64,000 nucleotides of DNA, from the NCBI GenBank assembly GCA_959602365.1, contig CAUGSS010000004.1:21811-85810 (forward strand), given 5' to 3'. This DNA is from an uncultured Eubacteriales bacterium (lineage in GTDB: Bacteria > Bacillota > Clostridia > Oscillospirales > Oscillospiraceae). The translations under genes were made by a program, and so were the position numbers. Positions 37,131 through 46,047 of this stretch are shown here, one piece after another (the stretch's first letter is position 1; each line of letters begins with the position of its first letter). The notes below the pieces were generated by a model, which saw nothing but the letters and a program-made list of their open reading frames with translations, ran no database searches and had not been told where the DNA came from.

Positions 37131-37808
37131 TTAGTGGCGGCGCGATACATAGGAGCGGCTGATGCCGCACTGGGCTGCAATTTCCCGCTGGGTTCTGGGG
37201 GGCTTGCCGTCCAGGCCGTAGCGGCCCACAATGACCTGCCGCTCCCGCTCCTCCAGCACCTGTTCCACGCAGACCCGCACTTTCCTGCAGGCATCCCGGG
37301 TATCCAGCTCCTCCAGCATGTCATCCTCCACCCGGATCAGATCCAGTATGGACAGATTGCTGCCGTCCCCGTCAGTGTCCAGGGTCTCAGACAGAGAAAC
37401 CTCCCCCGCCAGCTTCCGCGTCTTGCGCAGATACATCAGGATCTCATTTTCGATACATCGGGCCGCATAGGTGGTCAATTTGATCTTTTTGTCCGCCCGG
37501 TAGGTGTTTACCGCCTTGATCAGGCCGATGGTGCCAATGCTGATCAGGTCATCCACGTCTCCGGTCTGGGTGTAATACTTTTTAACAATGTGAGCCACCA
37601 GCCGCAGGTTGTGCTCGATCAGCTTGTTGCGGGCGGCCATATCTCCCTGGGCCGCCTGTTCCAAAAACACCCGCTCCTCCTCCGGTTTCAGCGGCCGCGG
37701 GAAGGAACCGGTGCCGGTATTCATCCGCAGTGTAAAAAAGTTCCCCTGGAAGAGCAGCAGGGCCAAAACAGATAGCATATGCGTCAGCTCCTTTTTCATG
37801 AGTGACAT
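37131..37808 (-). CDS. sigK: sporulation sigma factor sigma-K, N-terminal 225 aa (pro-sequence through region 4.2); ORF stops after ...GISRSYVSRRH
   Basis: Near-identity to SigK/SpoIVCB motifs (ARNKLIEHNLRLVAHIVKKY...DLISIGTIGLIKAV...KLTTYAARCIENEILMYLRK...QREIAAQCGISRSYVSR). The canonical IEKRAL... C-terminus is missing. Confidence 0.7.
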   Translation of the reverse strand: MSLMKKELTHMLSVLALLLFQGNFFTLRMNTGTGSFPRPLKPEEERVFLEQAAQGDMAARNKLIEHNLRLVAHIVKKYYTQTGDVDDLISIGTIGLIKAVNTYRADKKIKLTTYAARCIENEILMYLRKTRKLAGEVSLSETLDTDGDGSNLSILDLIRVEDDMLEELDTRDACRKVRVCVEQVLEERERQVIVGRYGLDGKPPRTQREIAAQCGISRSYVSRRH

Positions 37809-37975
37809 ATCTTATTCCCCGACCGTATGTCCAAATTCCTCCCCCAGACAAAGCCCAGGCCGCCGAAAACCGGTACAAAAGTGCGGGCTCACCTTCCGGC
37901 GGCCACGCTCATGCGGCGCGCCTCCTGCTTCGTTGGATATTTTGCCAGCCGACCAGCAGCCTGCATAGAAAGCGG

Positions 37976-38415
37976 TCAGCCCCTGGCGTTGGCCTTCAGG
38001 TATCCCTGGATGCCGTCGGCGGTGGACAGTCCCTTGGCCGCCTGGGCGGTCTCCTCGGCCCACCACTTGTAGATCCTGGCGCGGGTGGGCAGCACCGCCG
38101 AGACACACACGGAGAACTCATCCAGCCCCCAGCACATCAGCATGGGGATCAGACATTGGTCGGCGGCAGCCTCGCCGCACATGCCCACGGGAATATAGGC
38201 GGCGTGGGCGGCCTGGATGACATTGCGGATGGAGCGCAGCACTGCCAGATGGAAGGTTATGTACAGCTTCTCCACCTTGGCGTTGCCCCGGTCCACCGCC
38301 ACGATGTACTGGGTCAGGTCGTTAGTGTCGATAAAAAACAGTTGCTCTCTTGGGCCAGCAAGTCGGCAATCAGGGCGGCGGGAGGCTACACCATGATGCC
38401 TAGGGCGATGTCCCT
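37976..38415 (-). pseudogene. ptsI: ptsI (PTS enzyme I) remnant: C-terminal ~150 codons only, with an in-frame TAG and a frameshift
   Basis: It carries the EI C-terminal motifs FFIDTNDLTQYIVAVDRGNAKV...GMCGEAAADQ...GLDEFS. GIMV is followed by TAG where GAG (Glu) is expected. The N-terminal 380 codons are absent. Confidence 0.6.
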
Positions 38416-38416
38416 G

Positions 38417-38790
38417 TCATAGGGCAGTCCCTCGGCCTCTAGTTCCCCCTTGCACCGCTCCAGCATCGCCTAGGGCGGACACGACTAGGTCCACTGCGGC
38501 CTTCAGTACATCCTGCTCCTGATCGCCTGAGCATCGGATCTTGATCTCTCTGCCCTGCTTGATGCAGGCGGCCATCAGGTGTATTATTCTCTTGTCGTTG
38601 AGGGACTTACCGTTGAAAACGATGGTGACGTCGCAGGGGTATGCCGCCATGGTACTGACAAACAGCCGGGTGGGACGCATGTGCATACCTTGAGGGTTAC
38701 AAGTTTAGTCTTTGCAGATACTATAATAAAAATTCCTTTCTGTCCATCATTTCGTTTTGACACAGTTGGAAACGGCTCAAGTCGATGCAT
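38417..38790 (-). pseudogene. ptsH: ptsH (HPr) with N-terminal frameshift
   Basis: An HPr-like stretch GMHMRPTRLFVSTMAAYPCDVTIVFNGKSLNDKRIIHLMAA (active-site His context), but the first ~12 codons lie in another frame. Confidence 0.5.
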
Positions 38791-38804
38791 TCAGTCCTTC
38801 TTTT

Positions 38805-40509
38805 TTAGCAGGACACAACCGAAGACCATAAACAGGGCATCGACCACAGCGGAGCCGACCACGCAGGCGGGCAGTACGTGTAGCGAATCGGCCGCGGCGC
38901 AGGGGATGGCGCCTCGGTAATAGCGCACAGGCCCATGATATAGTTGACTAGGCCAGACTTGCACTCGTCAGGGGTGAAGCGGTTTTTGAAGAAGGTGGTG
39001 CCCAAGGCGATGGCGACAGAAAGCACCATGCTGCCTACTATGACGGCGGCCATAACGTCTGAGTCCTGTCATGGTGGCCAGAGTGAGAGTGCAGAATACA
39101 TAGGCCACCTTGTTGAAGGGGCCGCCTATGTCTATGGTCATTATTCCAGCCAGCACAATACCCAGCATGATTTTACTGCCCTCGCCCATAGCCTCCAGGC
39201 CGGACCGGAGTACAGGGCGGTGTTGATGGCGCCCACGATGGGATTGATCAGGCATATGAACAGGCAGATGACCAACAAGACTATCGCCGGGTAGATCAAA
39301 ATTGGGTTCAGCCCCTCCAGAGATCAGGGCAGTTTGTCGCACAGCTTGCACACGCCCAACATCAGGTAGTCCGCGGCGAAACCGGCGATCAGGGCTCCCA
39401 AGAAGCCAGCGGACACGAAGCTGCCGGCGAGGCTCAGGAAGGTGGCTCTGGGCACGGCCAGGGAACCGCCCAAAACCCACCATTAGGCCCGGACAGTCGG
39501 CAATGGCCATGGCGATATAGCCCACCAGGCTGGGCAGCATCACGTTGAATGCCACGTTGCCGATGTTCCGGAACTAGGCGGTCACCTGGGTGTTGATGGC
39601 GAAGTTTGCGTAGTCGATGGAGGGAGCATCCAGCAGGAAGACTAGGGCGATCAGGATGCCGCCGCCGATGACGAAGGGCAGCATGTGGGACACGCCGTTC
39701 ACCAGCTGCTTGTACAGCTTGCAGCCGAAGCTCTCGTTGTTCACCTCAGCCACAGTTTCGCCGGTGTGGTGATAGTCGGACACCGGCGCCCGCAGCACTG
39801 GTTTGCCGTCAAACCGGGCCAGATCTACCTCTTTATCGGCGACAATGATGATGCCGTCGCAGTCGGCGATCTCCTGCCGGGTCAGCACGTTCTTGGCGCC
39901 GCCGGGGCCCTGGGTCTCCACCTTGACGGAGATGCCGATCTCAGTGCCCTTCTTCTCCAGGGCCTCGGCGGCCATGTAGGTGTGGACAATGCCAGTGGGG
40001 CAGGCGGTGATGGTCAGAATTTGGGGGCCGGCCTGGGCGGAAACAGAAGTTTCTTGGGGCTTCTCCTCCGCCGCCTCCTGGACCGGGCTGTACTTGGCGG
40101 TCTCAAACTTGTCGATGACGGCCATGAAGGCGTCGGCATCCTGAGCCTGCCGCAGCTGAGCGGAGAAGTTCGGGTCCATCAGCAGCACCATCAGGTGGGA
40201 CAGGATCTCCATATGCAGATTCCCGTCCATGGAGACGGCAATTATAAAGAGCAGGTTGGAGGGCTGGCCGTCCATGGCGCCGTAGTCCACACCCTCCTTC
40301 AGGATGCAGGCCGCCAGACTAGGGGCGCTGACACAGTCGCTCTTGGCGTGGGGCACCGCGATGCCCGCCTCGATGACGGTGCTGGTCTGGGCCTCCCGGG
40401 CCATAATGACCTTCTTGTAGGCCTCCCGATCCGTCAGGCAGCCGCCCTTGACCTGGAGATCCACCAGCAGGTCAATGGCGGATTCCTTATCCTGAGCGGT
40501 GGTGCCTAG
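38805..40509 (-). pseudogene. fruA: fruA PTS fructose IIABC: IIA-IIB intact, IIC broken by in-frame TAG (39574) and frameshifts
   Basis: IIA/IIB motifs (MRIVDLLSRDKIAL..., ITACPTGIVHTYMAAEALE). The IIC reading continues as FRNIGNVAFNVMLPSLVGYIAMAIADCPG in another ORF after TAG, then switches frame twice more. Confidence 0.65.
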
Positions 40510-40574
40510 GGCGATCTTGTCTCGGCTGAGCAGATCAACGATTCGCATAAAACCAATCTCCTTTTTGTAGTGTA

Positions 40575-41460
40575 TTAAAAGGTATTTAACAAAGCCATAA
40601 TCTGATCTCCGGTGGCCAGGCCGTCGGAGAAGGCGGTGGCGTTGCCGGCGGCGGTGCCCAGACGCTGGACATAGGCGTAATCCCCGGTCTTGAGCAAACC
40701 GACCACGAAGCCGGCCACTATGGAGTCCCCGGTGCCTACGGAGTTGCGCACCTGGCCCTTGGGCACTCCCAGCCGATGACAACCGCCGGTCTCATCCACC
40801 AGCAGGGAGCCGTCCCCGGCCATGGACACTAGTACGTTCCGGACTCCCCGCTGCTGCAACTGGGCGGCGCAGTCCCGGATCTCCTCATCGGTATTCAGGG
40901 TGCGGCCGAAAATCTCCCCCAGCTCCAGATTGTTGGGCTTGATTAGGAAGGGATAGTAGGGCAGCACATTGCACAGCAGATCCCGGGTAGCGTCCACCAC
41001 GAAATGGATGCCCCGGCCCTCCAGCCGGGCCAGAATCCGTTCGTAGATGTCCCCGGGCAGGGTGGAGGGCACGGAGCCGGAGACGATGAGCACGTCATCC
41101 CGCTCCAGCTTGTCTAGCTTCTGGAACAGCCGGTCCAGGACGGCGGCGTCAATATTGAGATCCTGGCCGTTGATCTCGGACTCCTGGTCCGCCTTGATCT
41201 TCACGTTGATCCGGGTCAGCCCCTGATCCATCCAGATGAAATCTGTCCGGATGCCCTCCCGGCAAGCCCTTCCTCTAGGGCCTGTCCGGTAAAGCCCGCC
41301 AGGAAACCCAGGGCCACGTTGTCCACCCCCAGATGGCTCAAAACGGCGGAAACGTTGAGGCCCTTGCCTCCCAGCTGGATCTCCTCCCGGCTGGTGCGGT
41401 TCACTTCCCCCACTTGGAAGCCACATAGTCCAGGGCAGGATTGAATGTGACGGTGTAAAA
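40575..41460 (-). pseudogene. fruK: fruK 1-phosphofructokinase with two 1-nt frameshifts in the first ~80 codons
   Basis: The N-terminus MFYTVTFNPALDYVAS, the middle segment GGKGLNVSAVLSHLG...GFLAGFTGQALEE and the remainder GIRTDFIWMDQGLTRINVKIK... lie in three different frames. The shifts are at G-runs. Confidence 0.6.
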
Positions 41461-41467
41461 CATAGGA

Positions 41468-42226
41468 TTATAAAACCTCCTTGACGATGGTATGCTCCAG
41501 ATATGCCCGATCCGGCAAATGGTCGGTGATGATACTGGCCTTTTCCAGGGGCAGCACCGAGGCGGCGCTCACCGTCTCAAACTTGCTGCTGTCGGCCAGG
41601 CTGTAAGTGAGATAGGCCCGCTGGGACGCCTTCCGCTTCACCGCCGCCTCCGGGTCCGGGGTAGTGAACCCCTGGCGCAGGGTAATGCCGTTGATTCTCA
41701 AAAAGGCCTTGGTGAAGTTGTAGCCCTCCAGGTCGGTCAGGGCCTGGGCCCCCACCACAGCGCCAGTGCCCGGCTTCAGCGCGCCTCCCAGCACATAGCC
41801 TTGGAATCCCAGCTCCGGCAATCGCAGGGCGCAGGCCACTCCGTTGGTGACAAAGGTGGCCTTGGAATGCTTCTGATGCTCCACCATCCGGACGGTGGTG
41901 GTGCCCGCATCCAGATACACCACATCCTCGTCGCTGATGAGCTCCGCGGCATAGCGGGCGATGCGCTCCTTTTCCGGCTGGTGCATCCGATCCTTGGTGC
42001 CCACGTCGGGCTCCTCCCTCAGGAACTCGCCGCCGCAGGCCACTGCACCGCCGTGGACCTTGCTGAGTTTGCCCCGCCGGGCCAGGGCGTTCAGATCCCG
42101 GCGGATAGTGGCCTCCAAGGCCCCCGTCAGCTCGCACAGCCGGGGCACTCTCGCCGCCCGGTGCTCCTCCAGCTCCTGAAGAATTATCTCAAATCTCTGT
42201 TCCGCCAACATGTCTGGCCCCTCCAT
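41468..42226 (-). CDS. fruR: DeoR-family transcriptional regulator (fructose operon repressor)
   Basis: An N-terminal DeoR HTH and a C-terminal sugar-binding domain; the reading frame is intact. Confidence 0.75.
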   Translation of the reverse strand: MEGPDMLAEQRFEIILQELEEHRAARVPRLCELTGALEATIRRDLNALARRGKLSKVHGGAVACGGEFLREEPDVGTKDRMHQPEKERIARYAAELISDEDVVYLDAGTTTVRMVEHQKHSKATFVTNGVACALRLPELGFQGYVLGGALKPGTGAVVGAQALTDLEGYNFTKAFLRINGITLRQGFTTPDPEAAVKRKASQRAYLTYSLADSSKFETVSAASVLPLEKASIITDHLPDRAYLEHTIVKEVL

Positions 42227-42385
42227 TCCGCGCAGATTTGATTCTCTTTATTTTGTTCTCTCACCATAACACCGTATTCAATCAATTTTAATCACAAAAA
42301 ATCACCCGGTTTTTTGTGCATTTTGAATAGTGCTCTCCCGCAGACCCCCCAAGCCTTTCCAGCACCCCTGAAACAGCAGTCATAA

Positions 42386-42404
42386 CCACCGGCTAAGCCG
42401 GTGG
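42386..42404. repeat. 19-nt palindrome ccaccggctaagccggtgg (copy 1 of 2)
   Basis: Perfect 7-bp stem with a 5-nt loop. A second copy, with one loop difference, is at 42602..42620. Confidence 0.7.
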
Positions 42405-42601
42405 CTTGAGTAGGCCCTATAAGGGCCTATTACCGGCATGCGTCTCAAGACGCACTGAATTTTATTTCACTCGCATCATTTGCCCTGCAGCCCGTAAACG
42501 GGCAACCGCTGTTCTAACGAAAGTCTTTCTTCACTGATAATTTGCTGTTAGCAGCTCGCTTCGCTCGATGCTTGAAGCTAAAGCTTTTTTACGGGGCTCC
42601 T

Positions 42602-42620
42602 CCACCGGCTGAGCCGGTGG
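42602..42620. repeat. 19-nt palindrome ccaccggctgagccggtgg (copy 2 of 2)
   Basis: As above. It is flanked by aagcttttttacggggctcc and tttccc. Confidence 0.7.
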
Positions 42621-42629
42621 TTTCCCTAT

Positions 42630-42668
42630 CCAATAAAAACACGTCCTGGGAGTGGTCAGCCTCCCAGG
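42630..42668 (-). terminator. rho-independent terminator after the DUF124 gene
   Basis: ccugggag-gcugaccac-ucccagg then acguguuuuuauu on the minus strand. Confidence 0.6.
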
Positions 42669-42698
42669 GCGTGGATTCAATCAAATTCAATCAAGTTG

Positions 42699-43379
42699 TC
42701 AGTTTTTATTAGGCAGCACCGCGGCGATGGCGGCAGCCAGGGCGTTGATGGGCATGGTCTGAAGAATAATGTTGCCGGGGCCGGTGACCACGGTGTGGAA
42801 TACGCCTTCCCCGCCGAAGAACATGTTTTTCACGCCCTTCACCGTCTGAATATCCAGGGAGCAGGAGGCGTCCATCATGGCCAGATTGCCGGTGTCCACG
42901 ATCATCTGCTGGCCGGGAGCCAGAGAATACTCCTCCCCGTGGCCGTCAATCTCGATGAAGGCCATACCGTTGCCGGAGAGTTTCTGCATAATGAAGCCCT
43001 CGCCTCCGAAGAAGCCGGCCCCCACTTTATTCTGGAAGAACACCGACAGCTCCACCCCGGGCTCCGCCGCCAGGAAGGCGGATTTCTGCACCACCACCGG
43101 CCGGTCCGGCGTGATGCGCACCGCCCGGACGACGCCGGGAAAGCTGGAGGCAAAAGCGATCATGCCGGGGCCTCCTCGGGCGGTATAAATGTTCTGGAAA
43201 ATGCTCTCTCCGGAGAACAGGCGGCCGAACACCTTGCCCACGCTGCCGCCGGCGGAGGTCTGCATCTCCATATTGGGGGTCATCCAAACCATGGAGCCCC
43301 GTTCTGTGATCATGGCCTCTCCGTTTTCCAGTTCGCAAATGACAACCGGAGTGGGCTCGCCTTTAATCGAATACCTCAT
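42699..43379 (-). CDS. TIGR00266/DUF124 (AIM24-like) family protein
   Basis: 226-aa ORF with the characteristic Gly-rich beta-sandwich pattern. It is followed by a rho-independent terminator. Confidence 0.6.
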   Translation of the reverse strand: MRYSIKGEPTPVVICELENGEAMITERGSMVWMTPNMEMQTSAGGSVGKVFGRLFSGESIFQNIYTARGGPGMIAFASSFPGVVRAVRITPDRPVVVQKSAFLAAEPGVELSVFFQNKVGAGFFGGEGFIMQKLSGNGMAFIEIDGHGEEYSLAPGQQMIVDTGNLAMMDASCSLDIQTVKGVKNMFFGGEGVFHTVVTGPGNIILQTMPINALAAAIAAVLPNKN

Positions 43380-43556
43380 ACTGTAACCCTCACCTTTCTA
43401 GTTTCATTTGTATGCTGTCAACCGGGGATATAGCATGGTTCGATTATACTAAATATTTTTACGCCCTACAAGCCGAAGCGGCGAAAAAAGGCGAATTTTC
43501 CGCCCTCATAGCTGCGGTTGCCCCGGCATAGTCTGATGAAAAAAGGGGGGCTTGCC

Positions 43557-43703
43557 ATGACGGAACTGGAATGGGAGATCGGGCTGTGCCTGCTGGAGGG
43601 GCTGCGGCGGCAGGAACTGTTGACAGAGGCCCTATGGGCCGAAGCCCAGCGAAGCTGGGCCCGGCGGCGGCCGGCGCCCATCCGGGAGGATTGCGCCCCA
43701 TGA
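43557..43703 (+). CDS. small ORF (48 aa) translationally coupled to the serine recombinase
   Basis: MTELEWEIGLCLLEGLRRQELLTEALWAEAQRSWARRRP... Its TGA stop overlaps the recombinase ATG (ATGA). Confidence 0.3.
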   Translation: MTELEWEIGLCLLEGLRRQELLTEALWAEAQRSWARRRPAPIREDCAP

Positions 43704-45331
43704 CCCTGCGGGAGCTGCGGGAACAGCTGTGCCAGGGGCGTTCCCTCTATGAGCTGCCCCTGCGGGTCACCTTTTACGCCCGGGTGTCCACCGACAAGGA
43801 GGAGCAGCGCAACAGCCTGGAAAACCAGGTTCAGTACTACACCGACTTCATCCGGAAAAATCCCAGCTGGACCTATGTGCCCGGCTATGTGGACGAGGGC
43901 ATCAGCGGCGCCACCACCTGGAAGCGGGAGCAATTCCTGCGGATGATCCAGGACGCCCGCCGGGGGCTGTTTGACTACATCATCACCAAGGAGATCTCCC
44001 GGTTCTCCCGCTCCACCCTGGACAGCATCCGATACACCCAGGAGCTGCTGGAGCACGGGGTGGGGGTGTTGTTCCAAAACGACAACATCAACACCCTGGA
44101 CACCGACAGCGAGTTTCGGCTGGTGGTCATGGCGGGGGTGGCCCAGGACGAGGTGCGCAAGCTGTCGGAGCGGCTGAAGTTCGGCTTCCGCCAGTCCATC
44201 AAAAACGGCCATGTGCTGGGCAACGACCGGCTCTGGGGCTACGACAAGAGGGACTGCAAGCTCACCATCAACCCGGAGCAGGCCCGGGCGGTGCGGCTCA
44301 TTTTTGAACTGTACGCCACCGGACGATACGGGGTGCGCTCCCTGTCCCGGGAGCTGACGGCCCGGGGTTACAGCAGCCTGGAGGGCAACCCCTTCAACCA
44401 GACCACCATCCGCCATGTGCTCACCAACCCCAAATACAAGGGCTGGTACTGCGGCAACAAGACCCGGTCTCTGGACTACCGCACCAAGAAGCAGGTTTCC
44501 CTGCCCCGGGAGGAGTGGGTAATGTATCGGGATCCGGAGATTCCCGCCATTGTCTCCGAGGAGCTGTGGGATCGGGCCAACGCCATCTTTCATGCCCGCA
44601 GCGCCCGCTCCAGGGCCCACGGCCAGGGGGGCGGGGTCAAATACCCTTACAGCGGCAAGATTTTCTGCGGCATTCACGGGGACTGCTTTCACCGCCAGTG
44701 TCTGCGCACCCGGGAGGGTGTGAGCGAGTACTGGCGGTGCAAGCGCTACCGGGACCTGGGAAAGGCGGGCTGCCCCCTGCCGGCCCTCCGGAGCCGGGAG
44801 CTGGATGCGGTGCTGGCCGCCCTGTTTCCCCGGCTGGTCCCCCATCCGGAGCGCATCCTGGCCCAGGTGCTCCAGTGCATCCGGGAGACCCAAGGGCGCC
44901 AGGAGTCGTCGGAGACCCTGGACCGGCTCCAATCCCAGCTCCGTCAGCTGGAGCAAAAAAAGGACGCCCTGCTGGAGCTTTACGGCGCCGGGGCGGTGAC
45001 CGCCCGGGAATTCCAGCAGCGAAACGACAGGTTCAACCGCCAGATGGCGGAGCTGGAGGAGCGCGTCACCGCCCGGAGGGCGGAACTGGCCCCGTCGGAG
45101 CCGGACCGGGCCGACCCGGCCCGGCTGGAGGAAGTTCTGGGGCGGGAGCTGAAGTTCCAGGGCCCCATGGCCTCTTTTTTGGCCGCCACCCTGCTGGACC
45201 GGGCGGTGGTGCTGGAGGGCAGCCACCAGCGAGAATTGGATGTGGTACTCTACCTGAAGTCGGGCCAGGAGGTGCCGGTCCATTTCAGCCGCCGTCCCTT
45301 TTCTTTTTCTATCGATTTTTCAGAACCTTAG
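43700..45331 (+). CDS. large serine recombinase (resolvase/invertase N-domain + recombinase + zinc-ribbon + coiled-coil)
   Basis: Catalytic N-terminus (YARVSTDKEEQRNSLENQ with the Ser nucleophile context), Cys pairs in the zinc-ribbon region and a C-terminal coiled-coil. Start taken at MTLRELREQ. Confidence 0.85.
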   Translation: MTLRELREQLCQGRSLYELPLRVTFYARVSTDKEEQRNSLENQVQYYTDFIRKNPSWTYVPGYVDEGISGATTWKREQFLRMIQDARRGLFDYIITKEISRFSRSTLDSIRYTQELLEHGVGVLFQNDNINTLDTDSEFRLVVMAGVAQDEVRKLSERLKFGFRQSIKNGHVLGNDRLWGYDKRDCKLTINPEQARAVRLIFELYATGRYGVRSLSRELTARGYSSLEGNPFNQTTIRHVLTNPKYKGWYCGNKTRSLDYRTKKQVSLPREEWVMYRDPEIPAIVSEELWDRANAIFHARSARSRAHGQGGGVKYPYSGKIFCGIHGDCFHRQCLRTREGVSEYWRCKRYRDLGKAGCPLPALRSRELDAVLAALFPRLVPHPERILAQVLQCIRETQGRQESSETLDRLQSQLRQLEQKKDALLELYGAGAVTAREFQQRNDRFNRQMAELEERVTARRAELAPSEPDRADPARLEEVLGRELKFQGPMASFLAATLLDRAVVLEGSHQRELDVVLYLKSGQEVPVHFSRRPFSFSIDFSEP

Positions 45332-46047
45332 GATGGTCCCGCTTTTCTGATAGCAAATTACTAGTTGGCAGTTTCCAATATTTCTCCCGTATAAATTACT
45401 TCCAATTGACAAGTACATTCTTTGTTGAAGAACCAATAATTTCCGGCAATTAGGTCTGCCAAAGCCAGCTTGTTACTGCAATAACAGGAAACACAATTTT
45501 AATTGATTGCTTGTAGGAATGGTTGCAATACGTAGTCGAATCATGTATAATTGCAAATAAATAAAACCTATTTTCGGCCCAGCTGTACCCCCACCCCCGA
45601 CGGATATCTTTTCTTTCACACACAAGTCTTACGAATCATTCCGATCCTTTGTTTGTATTTTCCCTTTGACGGCTTTCGGCAACAATGATTGAAATTGTGT
45701 CTTTTTATAATGTATAATTATTTTTTTGTCGTATACTAAAACTATCTATTAATATTACAAGGATGACCAGAGACAACGAAAAACACTAAGCTTTTGTCAC
45801 ACTGGAGCCTAAACTTAAATCTTGCCTTGATCCGTCAGCTTTCCCAGGATATCATCGGCCGGCTAATTGTACCGGCATGAAACTGGACACTAAACTAGGT
45901 TTATGGTGCAATAATTGGTCCAGTATCAATGAGGCTCTGATTGCCACCTTCTTGATATTAGTCTGTCTGTTGGATCAATTGAAGCCAACTTGTACAAATT
46001 ACAACTTGGCTCTACCAATGACTTTAAGTGCAGGAGAACTTGATTGC

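Noticed and set aside
38300-39600. Recurrent in-frame TAG codons, often in a ccTAGg context, as a sign of amber read-through or pyrrolysine coding.
   Set aside because: TAG is used as an ordinary stop elsewhere in the window. The TAGs are confined to genes that also carry frameshifts and a large deletion, and no pyl genes or methylamine methyltransferases are present. They are read as pseudogene lesions.
42440-42500. A tmRNA-like tag reading frame (ANDASEIKFSAS) on the minus strand within the hairpin cluster.
   Set aside because: There is no tRNA-like 5-prime/3-prime pairing (GGGG...CCACCA), no ALAA-type tag ending and no pseudoknot pattern, so the match is judged coincidental.
45331-45876. 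The AT-rich 550-bp gap after the serine recombinase, examined for a tRNA gene or att site.
   Set aside because: No cloverleaf-compatible sequence (GTTC...GAAC T-arm, acceptor pairing) and no clear inverted repeats could be recognised by eye. It is left unannotated.
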